This document shows, in pieces, positions 36,548-49,375 of a stretch of 64,000 bases of DNA. The stretch covers positions 23,374,001-23,438,000 of the forward strand of contig CM069162.1 of assembly GCA_035221665.1 (NCBI GenBank). Direction: 5' to 3'. This stretch comes from Okamejei kenojei (Eukaryota). The position numbers and the translations under genes were made by a program. A model generated the notes under the pieces. It did no database searches. It was given only the letters and a program-made list of their open reading frames with translations, and was not told the DNA's origin. Numbering within the stretch: the stretch's first letter is position 1; the number at the start of each line of letters is the position of its first letter.

Positions 36548-37275
36548 TGTATGAAGGAACTGCAGGTGCTGGTTTTACACCAGAGATAGACACAAAATGC
36601 CCAGCAGGTCAGGCAGCATCTCTGGAGAGAAGGAATGGGTGATCTTTCATGTTGGAACCTTTCTTCAGACTGATGAAGGTCTGAACAAGATGCTGATGAA
36701 GGAGGGTTCCGACACGAAACGTCACCTGTGCCTTCTCACCAGAGATGCTGCCTGACCCACTGAGTTAGTCCATCACATTGTGTTTATTGTCAGAGTGAGG
36801 CTAAACGCAAATTGGAGGAACAGCATCTCATATTTCGCTTGGGCAGCTCCGTACCAGTGGTGTGAATATTGATTTCTCTCACTTCAGATAGCCCCGGCAT
36901 TCGCTCTCTCTCTATCCCTTCCCCAACCCAAGCTTCGCGTTTTCACCCTACCAACAGCTTACGATGGCCTTTATCCTTCATCATCGTTACTTTTTTGGAA
37001 ATCGTTCATTCATTGTTCTTTATCTCTCCACATGGGGTGAAGGAACTAGCGTTCACATCGCGGCCCTGTTTCCACCATTCTTTCCACCACAAGCAGCGCA
37101 AGATGCCATTGGATGCAGATGCCAAGACGTGTGCACAGCTGCGGCTGAACAATTTCTAATCTTGTCATGGGAGCTCGATAAGAGAGAAACCTCCACACCA
37201 CCATCTATATCTCTCGTTTCCCTTATCCCTAACCAGTCTGAAGAAGGGTGTCGACCCAAAACGTCACCCATTCCT
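36548..37275 (+). mobile_element. Penelope-like element: inverted terminal repeats, GIY-YIG tail, terminal repeat
   Basis: CQSEAKRKLEEQHLIFRLGS at ~36788-36850. Hammerhead-like ctgaagaagggtgtcgacccaaaacgtc at 37238. Confidence 0.8.
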
Positions 37276-37319
37276 CAATTAAATTTACCGATGAGTAAAA
37301 AGCTAGGATAAGAGTGGAA

Positions 37320-37650
37320 GCGGAGAGGTTGGTTCCACTAGTGGGAGGGTCTAGAACTAGAAGTCACAGCCTCTGAATTAAAGGATGTTCCTTTAGGAAG
37401 GAGATGAGGAGGAATTTATTTAGTCGGAGGATGGTGAATCTGTGGAATTCTTTGCCACAGAAGGATGCAGAGGCCATGTCAATAGATATTTTGAAGGCAG
37501 AGACAGATAGAATCTTGATTAGTACAGGTGTCAGAGGTTATGGGGAGAAGACTGGAGAATGGGGTTAGGAGGGAGAGATGGATCAGCCGTGATTGAATGG
37601 CGGAGTAGACTTGTGAATTCTACTCCTGTCACTTATGGCCTTATGATCAT
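37320..37650 (+). mobile_element. CR1 LINE 3' fragment
   Basis: tttaggaaggagatgaggaggaatttatttagtcggaggatggtgaatctgtggaattctttgccacag. Confidence 0.88.
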
Positions 37651-38649
37651 GCAAAACAAAGCATCCCACATGTGACAATAATAAACCTAAAGCCACAGCT
37701 AGCAATGTGAACCAGAGCTTCTGCTGACAAACAGGGGAGGCTGAGAGCACAGGTTCCATCGGAGGGGGATGGAGAGTGGGTGGAAGGTGCGGATATCCCA
37801 GTCACTGGCGCCCAGATCTAGACTCCACCAGATCCAGCTCCCCAGCTCAAAGTGGGGTCTGGATCAGAGTCGCCCCTCCTTCGAAGAGGGAGGCTTGTGA
37901 TATCTGAGCTCGGGGTCTGGTTCAAACCCGACCTGCGATCATTATTTTCCATCAGTGCCTTTGACTGACACAGTTGATGTGTTGGCGGCGAGTGCCAGCT
38001 ACTTAAGTCTCTGAACCCTGTTTGTGGCCATAGTCCAGCCAGCTCGCACAAACAAGCAGTGAGACATTCTTCCACAAGGCCTGCCAGCAGGAGGGCATCA
38101 GCTCTGTACTTCTTTACAAGCAGGGCTGAAGAAGAAGCTCAGTGGTACGGCCAAGCCGCGCTGGGTGGAAGGGCTGCCTCTAATATGGGGTGAAGTGTTG
38201 CCGATCACCCTTCACGAGGCTCGTGGCGGGAGGAGGATGAGGGGTCAGGCGGCAAAGACAACCGCTCGTCGACGTATTCCCGAGGAGATCCCCAGGTCAA
38301 CCTGCATTAGGCAAACCTTGCTGCGGTGTAGAGGATCTAGGTCTGCGTGTGAAATCGTCAACAAGATGGCTGATAGCCTTAGTGCCACATACGAGTCTTC
38401 AGATGGGGTGGGTGGGGTGGGGTCGGGTGGTGTGGGGTGGGGTCGGGTGGGGTGCTGGGTGGGGGGTGGCTGGGTGGTTTGGTGGGCTGGGGTGGGTTGG
38501 GTGGGGTGGGTGATGGGGTGGGGGGTGTGGGATGATGGTGTGGGATGGGTTGTGTTGGTTCAGCCTAAAGAGTAGCGGGGGTTGGCAGGCACCCACTCAC
38601 CACCCACACAAAGTCTGCAAACAGTCATGAAGAATGCTCCAGGAGGCAA

Positions 38650-39050
38650 CTAGACAATCGACCAATTAGAACAGTTAGGCAATAGGCAATAGGGGCAGGG
38701 GGGGGGAGTATGGCAGTCAGCCCTTTCGAGCCAGCATTCAATGTGATCAATGGCTGATCATCCCACATTCACTACCCCGTTCCTGTCTTCTCGATAATCC
38801 ATGACTCCCACTACTTCTTTTAAGGGATACTATCTACTCTCCTCTTGAATCAATCCAGGGCCTCCACTGACCTCTGAGGCTAGTGAGTCACACAGATTCA
38901 CAAGTCTTGATGATGAATAGTTTTTCCTCATCTCCGTTTTCTAAAAAAATTGGCCTACCCCTTAATTCTTAAACTTGTGGCCCCTGGTTCTGGACACACC
39001 CACCCCTCCCACAACACCTGGGAACATGTTTTCCTGCCTCTAGGTTGTTC
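38650..39050 (-). mobile_element. CR1 LINE 3' fragment (noisy)
   Basis: Same family as 9913-10286 but with many small insertions. Confidence 0.7.
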
Positions 39051-40309
39051 ATCGCAATACCTTAAGAATAATCCCCAAACCAATCCCAAATAAAGTGCAG
39101 CCAACAACCAACCCAACTTTTGAACTGGCTGGCAAATTCATTTCGCCCTCCTGCTCTATTACATACCACATTGGTTCATTTCAAATAAATTAAACCCAGT
39201 GTCCTATCCCCTTCCCACTCAGATCATCACACTTAGAAAATACTCTGACGATATTTCCCCCAGCTCTGTAGTCTCTTCTCTCTCTCTCTGGCTCCTTTCT
39301 CCCAGAACTGAACGGAACACGATTCTTAGGAGCAATGCAACCTTCCATTCTTTTCCAAATGAGCGTGGTCCGGAGTTGAACTGGTCGGGGCGCGACATTT
39401 GTCATCGTGCTCATGCTTTACCGAGTATCCTTGTTTTTCTCTTGTGGTGTAAGCAACAAGGTTAACCCTTCGGCATCCCAACAAGAGTGTTACTGGAATG
39501 CCTTCTCTGCCAGTTACATTGCAAACTGTTGCCCATACCTTGCGCAGAATGGCGAGAGCACTGGGTCTACGATTTAAAAAAAACTTGGTTAAGAAGATCT
39601 TAGGGATCACAAATTTCTTCTTCTTCTTGCGGATGTCGTGCACAGCCTAGGGTTGTAAAATACATACTTTCTTGTTTGATTTCTGCTGTGTGCACGGCCA
39701 GGTTGATTGCATGTCGTCGATACAGGGTGGGCCACGCGAAGTTTGGCAATCCCCCCCCCCCCCCCCCCCGGGATCCACAGTGAATTTCCGTGTCTCTCAC
39801 TGACGACAAAGACCTGGTTGTTTCCAGTTCACTTTCACTTGGTTCAAAGGCTCGATTCCTATTGGACCCCTCTTACAACCCACGTTACGACTGAGTGCTG
39901 TGAGGGTCATTTTGTGAAGAGAAAAATGGGACACGAGAAACAACTTAGGAATTTAGGAAACATAATGAATTGTCAAGATTATCGTATTAAAAAAGAAGGG
40001 TGGTCGGTGACGGAGAGCGAAGAAGAGAGAGAGATGAGAGAGTTATGAGAGGTGGAGTTTTGACGGACGAGAGGAGAAATAGAGGCGGAGAGAACGAGAG
40101 CAAAAGAACAAAAGAGAGCAATAGAGGGGACAGAAGACGAAAAAGAAACAGAGGAAAAGAACAAGAGGGTATAAGAGAAATAAGACAAAGACAACGGGAG
40201 AGAGAGAACGGAAGAACAAGGGGGGGGGGGGGGGGGGGGTGTTTGCAAACAGGGGGGAGGAGCGAGAGAGGAAAGGAATGCTTGCAAGCTCTGAAAAACA
40301 CCACAGTAT

Positions 40310-40607
40310 ATGCCCCTGTCCCCAAACTTAGGAAACCTGAACGGGAAAACCACTGTAGACTTTGCGCCCCTCCCAACCCCAAGGTTTCCGTGAGGTTCCC
40401 GGAGGTTTTTGTCCTCTGCGCTCCGAAACACTTCAATAGCATCGGCAAACGGCTTCGACTATAAAAAATTACCATTTTTGAAACGGAAACCCACTTTTCA
40501 CAATTAGGGGAGTCTGATCAACAACTCCATGAACCGCAGGGGACCTTGTGTGGGTCGCAAAGTCGCTCCAGAGGTTTCCGTGCAGGTTTCATAGAGTAGG
40601 GGGGCAT
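40310..40607. mobile_element. Second copy of the 17962-18242 MITE (noisy)
   Basis: atgcccctgtccccaaacttaggaaacctgaacggg...ggggcatta. Confidence 0.8.
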
Positions 40608-43600
40608 TAGGATCTAACCCAGTCAGGTCTCCTTGCTGGGGACATTCCTACAAAGTTTCCTCACAGTGTCCACCACACAGTCATTGAGGATAACAATTTT
40701 CTTACCTCGAGATGGTTGCTACAGGGGGACTTTGAAGATTTGCAGCAAACTGGGAAATGTCATTTATGTCGCCACAGATTAGATAGGGCTGAGGGACCCT
40801 CCAACCCATCTGAAGAGAGACGATACGATCGCACACAGATGCGTAATTTAAATCAAAAAAACCCACTTGTTGTATAGCAAAGGAACAGAGTCGTCTCTAT
40901 ACATTTACAACCAAAGATAGATACAAACACCCCTACCATGTTCCCCCCCCGGAATAACCTCTGCGGGACAGACAACACTCTCTGGAGAGAAGGGAAGGGG
41001 ATTGTTGTTTTTCCTGCTTGAACCCTTTCTTCACACTGAGAGTCAGGTAGAGGGGAACATATATGGAGGGGTACAGAGGAGCATGTACAGGTTTGAAAAA
41101 AGACATCGGATCAAAGTAGATGAGGATCAAGAATTGTTCAATGGATCATTGGTTAGCCGAGTGGAAGTTGACCAACCACAGGCATACAAACAGTAAAAAT
41201 TAATCAGGTAAGGAGGGTGTTGAAAGTAGCTGGGAGATAATAGGGTGGGGGGGGGGGGGGGGTGTGTACGCCAGAGTGTGTAAGCAAGGTTACTTGGAGT
41301 TAGAAAAAATCAATATTCATACTGCTCTGGATTGACGCTGTCCCCAAGCAAAATATGAGGCTTTCTTCCCTCCAATTTGCATTTTGGCTCCACGCTCTGA
41401 CAACCCTGGAGGAGCCCCATGGACAGTATGTTCTATCCTAGTAATTTGAGCCAGACAGTTAGTTTTAATTAACGGAATAAATTCAGGTGGGGTTTTAGCA
41501 GGGGATGGGAGGACCACCAGAGCTTTGTAATGGGGAAAGTGAATGTGAGAGGACAGGATATGGGCGAAAATGACTGCATAATGGTGAAATGTGGGAGAGA
41601 AGAATGAAAGAGAAAACAAATCATAATTTTAAAGTTGGTTCAAATGAAATTATTTGTTAGTACAAGCGATCTGGGGATTTCCTGTGGATAAAATAGAATG
41701 GGTGCAGGTGCAGGTGCAAACTGGAACTTGCGAAGGTGGAGTGTAGCGTTGTGCCGTTATTGCACTGGGTGTGAGGTTAGAGAGAAGGTTCACAGGAGGA
41801 TAGAGCTCCCGGGATGAAGTGTGAGGATGAGGTAAGGCTGCTGGGCTTCTCTCAAATGGAGTATAGAAGAAAAAGAGATCTAATCAAAAACGCATCGTTT
41901 TTGAAGTGGATGTGTAATTTGCTCGATCGAAGCTTCAGCCAGTCCATCCGAGTTTATCGGGTCAAGAAACACTGAGTCAGAGCGTGCCGCATCCAAAACT
42001 TTATTTTACAAAAACACAATTACAGTCCCACTACTGTACCTACACCACCGCGGGTTCGATCATCGTATCTGCCTGATCATGGCCATCCTTGAACCGCTAT
42101 GGATGGGTCTACTGTACATCAATAATAGAAATCGATTTTAACCGTATACTATGGATAGACAATTTTCCCAATCCCCCATTAATACAGTGTTATAACATTG
42201 TGTATATTCAAACAGGTGTTATCTCAAAGGATACGAAAATCGCAACATGTGTACCCTGATAATGCACAAAACAGGACAGTGCTGCAATAACTGAATCCAA
42301 GCAACATCCAGCAAAGTAAGTGCCATGTTCCTGTTCTCCTGCCGAGTAGAAAGTAGGACCTTAAACTTTAGAAAAGGGAATTCTCTCCTTTTCATTCCTC
42401 TCGTCTCTGTCTCATTACCCTTCTCTCTCTTCTCTCTCCTCGCACTCTCTCCTCCCCCTCCCTACTTTCGTAGAGATTTGCATTTCATTATTTGTCATGG
42501 GGATAGCTAAGTTCTAAGGTTCATAATAAGGGATGCCCATAACAGATGGAAGAGAGAGGAAGAATATCACAGAGGGTTGTGACATCTTGACATTCTCGCA
42601 CCCCCAGAGAGATGCAGGGGTAGAGTCATTGATATATCCCAGGTACAGGTTTACAAATTTTCCATTGAGGCTGAGAGATTGGAGATAGAGTGGGAAAGAA
42701 TATAGTGTCCAGAGGGGGGATCGGTATTAATTTTCAACAATTGTCCACTTAAGCTTATTCCATCCTCATCTCTACTCCCAACCATGAACCACTCCCATGG
42801 TGTCTGGAACATACTCAGCAGAACATCCCTCTTGGGTGTTGACCTTGTCCTATCTGTTAATCCTGGCCAAATTGGAGATGCAGGACCAGCTAAAATTGAG
42901 TAAAGGCTTGCTGGGATCTGCTTAGGCCATTTGGTCAATTTAAATGTGCCTTTATGCAGACAAATGGGACATGCTGCGCCAGAATGGTGCCAGTTTTGTA
43001 TGTAGCCTAGATCAATGCTGCAGGAAGAGATGGAAACATCTGCAGATCCTACAATTAGGCCGCAAATGCATAGAATGGATGGATGAAGCAAACCAAGAAT
43101 ACACATTTGTAAAATAAGTTGCAACGCGTTAGGGCCTGTGTCCTACTTTCTCTGAGTTGCTTAATGAATTCATGGAAATTTTTCTTTCCGAGTTTTTCCC
43201 CTCCCCTTGATTCAAACTCAGGGATGTCTGGTACGAGTCATAGGAGGCTGTAGGAGTCCAGATTATACCGGTGCGGGCTCGTCAATCCAGTAGGTACCGG
43301 GGCAAGCATCAGGTTAGTCGGGAACGTTTTTTTCCTGCATGGCCAAAAAAGTCCACGAGTATAAAATATGATAGTCGGGAGAAGGGAAAGAAATTGCATT
43401 TCAACTTTCGTAGATTCACAAATTTGAGAGAGAGAAAGTTATGGGGGAGAGGGGAAGGCAGAGGTGATGAGGAGAAAAACTAGAGAGGTGGGAATGAGGA
43501 GAAAGAGGAAAGAGAAACAAAAAGAGTACAAGAGAGAGAGGAGAGAGAGCGGGAGAGAGAATTGAGGAGAGGAGAGAGAGAGGAGGAGATAATATGAGGG

Positions 43601-45074
43601 ATAGAGAGTGCTTGCTAGATCTTTAGGAAAACCAAAGTTAGGGATATAATCCAAGTCAGGTCTCCTGGCAGGGGACAGCTACTAAAAGTGTCTCTCATAA
43701 GCTAATTTAGCATTCAGTGTATGTGCCATGCCACAAGCCCTCCTCGTTTGTTGAGAAAAGTTCGTCCCCTGGCTCCTTCACGCCCGGCAAACTGAGACCT
43801 CTCGCACACCCCCTAACCCCCTTGTGTTCACCATCTCCAGACATTTGTAGGATTGGGCAGCTTCAACAGCGGACAGACAGGAAGAGAAGGATGCACAGCG
43901 GCCGGCCATAAAAGGAAAACTGTGGGAAACAGAGGATTCAACAGACATCTTCTTATGAATCTGGGAGAAGTTGCTGCTGATTCTGGGTGCCCAAGAATTT
44001 TGTTTTGGGAGCTAGGGACATTCAGAGACCAATTGAACTTTATGAAGTTTCAAGTGAGGAAAAATCCTCACTCCTTCCTTGCCTTTGATTAATCACCGTG
44101 TGTCGGGAAAATCACACGCATTGTGGATTTCAATGATGCGAGATAAGAGAGAGGGACATTAAAAAGGGGGAGGCGAGGGAGAGATGGGAGGGAGCTGATA
44201 AACGCGGTAAGGTTAAACGGAAGAGAAGTCGTGAGAAAGAAGCAGGAGCTGTGAGGATAGGTAGAGAGGCGGGGTGAAAGAGGATAGGACAGAGAAGGGG
44301 GGATGGGAAGGGGGAGTGGAATCGGGACGCAAGAGATAGAACGATGGAGATCGTCTTTGACAAGAAGCGGAGGGGGCGAGAGAGAGGGGAGTAGGAGGAG
44401 TGTCAAGGGGGTGAGGAGAGGGGAGAAGTGGCCAGAGAGATGAAGGGGGGGTGGAAGACGTCCGGGGTGTGAGGTGGGCAAAGGGAGGGAAGAGAAAGAG
44501 AGAGAGAAAAACAGGAGGGGGAGAGTGAAACTGAGAGAAAAAAGAGCAAGGTAAAGCAGAGAGAAAACCAAAAAGAGAAAAAGAGAGACAACTGTTAATC
44601 TATCGACCCTCTGTCTTCTCAGTCTATTTTTTTCGTGCCTTTTGGGCTCTCACTAAAATTTGTGGTGATTCACTTTTGAAGTCGAGAAGGATGTCAGCCT
44701 TGCAGCTGTGCATGTTTAAACATCGAATATCGTGGATCTATGCAGCTCTCCGAGCCTTTGGAAATCAGCTCACTTGTGTATCTGAGTTAAGCTAATGTCT
44801 GGAGCCAATACTTTTAATTACAGACGCTGCGATCCTAGAGTAATTTATCTTAATTGATTTGCCTGCAAGATCCTTGGATGAGAATGAAATGTTGGGCTTC
44901 GACCACACTGTTGTCAGTGTTACCCAGAGACGGAATCGACAGATGCTTTCTGAACACATTAGCCCACGGATTTTAATTGGTGTTCTCAGCACTGTCAGAG
45001 GGGAGCGGGAAGTCGCAAACACAACAACACCAGAGGTTGGAGAGTGTTGTTGGAACTAATCAGTTCAGCTCATG

Positions 45075-45560
45075 GTTCAGGGTGTAACCGAGGTACAGTG
45101 AAAAGCTTTTGTTGCGTTGGCTTTTTTTAACCCCAGAGTCAGCGGACTGATTGAATACAATCGAGCACATTCACAAGTGTACAGTACAGTATAAATGATA
45201 CGATAAAAGAAAAACATTAGCGTGCAAGATAAAAGCCCAAGTAACGTCGATTCAAAGATAGTCCGAGGGTCACCAATGAGATTGGATAGTAGTAATCTGG
45301 GCTGCTCTCTAGTGCGAGTAGGAAGCCTTCTGTTGCTTGCAAGCCAGCTGGAACCAACAATCGGTCCCTGAATCTGAGGCGCGTATTCACATTTTTTTAT
45401 CTGTTGCCCGATAGGAAGGGGAAGAAAGGGGAGTGGCCAGGGTTGTGAGTAGACCTTGATTACGCTGCTGGCTTCGCCGAGGCAGCGTCGAGGTATGAAT
45501 TGATCATGAGATGTATCGCAGTGGGCGATGGTGTAATGCCTTTTTTTATAAGGCTTGAAG
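45075..45560 (-). mobile_element. Rex1/Babar-type LINE 3' fragment (noisy)
   Basis: Same layout as 8985-9390 (accgaggtacagtgaaaagctttt...tgcccgatagg). Confidence 0.55.
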
Positions 45561-45936
45561 CAAACTTTCAAACTAGGTACTTCCGAGATATTATTATTAT
45601 ACCATTTCCGTCTTGAATAGCGGGGCTAGAGGTCTCTGGGCTGCACTCCAATAGACCAATAAAACATCGGAGCAGCATTAGGCCATCACCCTTCCAAAAG
45701 AATCTGCCGCCCCCCGCCTATTCGAATTTAATGGCAGATCCACTTTTCCCTCTCAGACCCATCCTTTCCTGCCTTCTCCCCATATCCATTGCCATCCTCA
45801 TCTAATCATGGAACCTATTAATCGCCTCCGGCTTTAAAAATACCAAGACTTGGACTCACACACCGTTCTGCGGCATGAACTCCACAGATTCAACGCCTTC
45901 TGTTCAACAAAAAATATTCCTATCTCTATATCTATA

Positions 45937-48620
45937 CAGTGATGGAAAATGGGGGGTGGGGGGGTGCAAGAACGAGACGGGCGTTCCCCACTTTTCAGTT
46001 AGCCAGCTCTGGCCTTATGAGTACAGAAAGATTTCCGAGGGTTCGGTTTTTTTTTTATCATCTTTAAACTCTATGACGAAAACGTTTTGTTAACTGCCAA
46101 CTTGTTTTTAGCACTTGTAAACAGACCAGTGTTTAAACACGTAGGTTATTACAATGTGTCATCAATTTCACATCGATTCCACATTCCTCCTAGAATGTAA
46201 TGGTGGTTTTGACCATGTATTAATGGACCACCGCGTTCCTTGAATAAAATTCACGGGAGAAGAAATTTCTTAAACTAACTGACAGCGCTACCAGGACCGC
46301 GAGAGGCACGGGCTCAGGTAAATTCGCATTATTTTTATATTCAACGTTATTTTATTTTGCCCGCACTGCCGCTCTCACCACATGCGGAAACCAGAGATAT
46401 GCGGGGGGAAAGACTCAGGTGTGTTGGAAAATATAATTTCAAAAAAATTCTTAGAATGTCTAATTTATGATGATGAAATCTACTAATTCACTGGGAGAAA
46501 ACTGCTCTTGTAGTAGTTCGTGCTTGAGAGCAGCAAGTGGATGAATATCCCCAACCGATATATCATTCTCTTTTGACTTAGGAACATATGAAAACTTGGG
46601 TTGCAATTGCAAAAATCTATATATTGGGTGGGCTTGAAGTTGCTTACAAAGAGTGGTTTTTTATCAAATACTGTACCCAAAGAAAATGGATACACATGTA
46701 ACAGATGGTGCAGTAGGACGAAATGCAGGGGTTGCAACTCATGAAGGGTGGATGCTAATAAGTGAAGTTGCAGTGGAAAATCATTTTTCAGATCTTTGTG
46801 ATAAATTGTATTCCTTATATCAATAGGTCACCTAAAGAATCAGGTTGAGGTAACGAATGTGCTGAGCTCTTCTTCATGTCACTGTTGTAAAATTGGTAGG
46901 TTTTTTTTACAGTGTTGTGAGATGGGTTTGCTTTATCTACCGAACTTGTTAAGGCAATGTGGTCCAGATATATAAAAGCTTACTTGTGTAAGCATTTTTG
47001 GAAAAGCAAGCTGTGATGCTTCAAGATCTAGTGCAGGAGAGGGCACAAGTAACGAGGGTGTGAGAAAAGCATTCGAATCAATAGCTTTCGTAAATAATTT
47101 TGGGGCTGTGTGACGGACAGTTTGCTAGAAAGAGTTTGCACTGAACTGTCACTTGAACTGCAGAACCAAAAATTGTACACTTAGTAAAGCACACGAGGAA
47201 AGATTAAATCGAACTATCAAGCGGTTCTTGAATCGTAAGAATAGATAAGTAAGTCAGATGAAAATGTTATGTTATACTCAAGTGAGAGCAGAAAGCAACA
47301 TGCCAGAGGATATTTGAATGGAATAAATTTGAGAGTGGGTAGAAAGTACCTACTATACTTAGACTGCCAGTTTTTGAGGAGGTTTGGTCATAATATGAAA
47401 TCACCAGGCTGGCTTGAAAATCTACAAACAGCTTCCAATGATAAATGTAAAAGGTAGTAATTAACAAGTGTGATATATATTGAGATATTTTCAACAATAT
47501 TCCAGAGGATTTACTTTTTTACTTTTGGGGATAATTGTAGAAGAAATGCCAGACAAACAATTTGGCAGATTAATTGGCCGGCTTTTGTATCAGATCGTCA
47601 TAGTATTCAAAGGAATTCAATCAAAGGGAAGGTAGTAATTTACTGCAGATTTTCAATCAGCTGCTAACGGCGGTAAATACAATTCCGGTGGTATAACGCA
47701 GAATGTGCATGCTTTTCAGCGCCAATGAATCTCTGCATGTCACCCAAATCGCGCAAGACTTCAAACTGCATCATCTCATTCAAATCTCTTCTATTTATTT
47801 AAGTTGGTGTAGGACCTACCTCTGTCAAAATTCAACCCCCAAAGAATATGTGAGGACATGTCTTCGTAGTGGCAGGAAGGTGTGTGCTGAAGAAGAAACG
47901 GCATTTCAAGAAAGGAAAGAGGTGACAGAAAGAAATTGGAGATTTATAAACCACTTAACCATTTTGAGAACATTTTGTATGTAAACTAGGGAGAGAGAGA
48001 GAGAGCCAGACAGCCTTCATATATTGAGTTAAGACACTTGGAGTGGAGAAATGAGAGAGTGGAACGAGAGAGAGAGAGGAGAGAGTGAGGTATAGAGGGA
48101 GAGAGAGAGAGAGGTGAGTGAGGAGGAGCACTGAGAGGAGAGACGAGAGAGAGAGACGCGAGAGAACAAGTGGAGGGAAACACGCGTGTCCACTTCGTGG
48201 ACTATGGAGGCTTTTCCAGTTTCCGTGGGCGTGGTCTCAGTCCGCGTTGGGTTCAGTGTTTTTATTGTGAACATGATTGTATTTACTATATCATGATTTT
48301 TTTTTTTTTTAAAATTTTTTTTTTTTCATAAAGTGCTAATTTTAGATTATTGTTTTGTATGTTTGTATATTAGATCTGTGTCATGTATAGTTTTTTGAAA
48401 TTAAAAAAAAAAGAAGAAGAGAGAGAGAAGAGAGAGAGAGAGAGATGCGCAAGAAAGCGGCTTTGACTATTAATACAACAATTACATTATATTTAAAATA
48501 CACAATAAACAAGTTATGAATTCTTGTGTAATTGACATGGATTAACAATGGGTTATTACCAAGATTATATGGGTATGACAGCCATATAACAAAATTCTGC
48601 ACCCCCGTCTCGCATCTCTG
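45937..48620 (+). mobile_element. Decayed hAT DNA transposon, KIAA1586/ZNF862-like transposase
   Basis: Frameshifted motifs in order: TDGA (~46700), DKLYSLY and SPK (~46800-46840), VRWV and VKAMW (~46920-46960), ELSLELQ (~47145), then the hAT dimerisation end SLLFI/KL/GP/KFNP/KEYVRTCLRSGR (~47790-47880). Imperfect TIRs: cagtgatg...gggggtgcaagaa versus ttctgcaccccc...catctctg. Confidence 0.75.
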
Positions 48621-48911
48621 CTATCAAGAGTCTTTAGAGGTACCCCTAGTTCTTAAAACATTTGCCGTACATGATTCTAATGGTACTCCTCCTTTTATTT
48701 GTGGCTGCCCTCTGGGTCAAGACTCTCCATTCATTTATTTTTGCACCCTCTCCCCAATCACACTAATCCACGGTATATTTTCATATTCGGTTGGTAACAC
48801 GGGCCATCCAGCATCTTACGGCTGCAGATATCCGCCGAGCGATTCTAAAGTATGTTGCACATCTGGAGAGTGCAGAACTCTGAGTCGAGGGTTCCCCACA
48901 ACGTCGGGAGT

Positions 48912-49375
48912 ATTTAGACTTTAGGAGAATACCGCTTGGTAAAGGCCCTTCGGCCACCGTGTCCGTGCCATACTAGCGATCACCCAGTACACTAGCACTA
49001 CCTACTCACTAGGACAATTTACAATTCTGTAAGAAGCCAATTAATAACTTCAACCCGACAAAGTACCTTGGAGTTCCTTGGGATGTGATAGAGGAAACCG
49101 AAGATCTTGGATAGACAAACCGCACGTGGTCACAAAACGTGATGTACAGGCGATAAGACACAAAGTGCCGAAGTATACAGGCGATGCCAGCGCCGGCATC
49201 TGCTGCGCCGATCCCATTCCTTTTTCTTGCAGACCCGCTGAGTTACTCAGCATTTGTGTGTCGCTTCCAGTGGTACCTACCAGTTTATCTATGGAGCGGA
49301 CAAACTCCACACTGAGGAGCGCCGTAGCAGGGTCGAACCGGGTCTCTCTGCAACGGCAAGTAACTCTTACCGGTG
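48912..49375 (-). mobile_element. SINE (noisy) with an inserted Penelope-type repeat
   Basis: tttagactttagg tail, gggtcgaaccgggtctc head, internal gacccgctgagttactcagc. Confidence 0.6.

Noticed and set aside
37818-38320. Minus-strand exon-like stretch after a ctaatgcag acceptor
   Set aside because: Stops occur in all frames within ~100 nt and there is no recognisable product, so it was not included in the candidate gene model.
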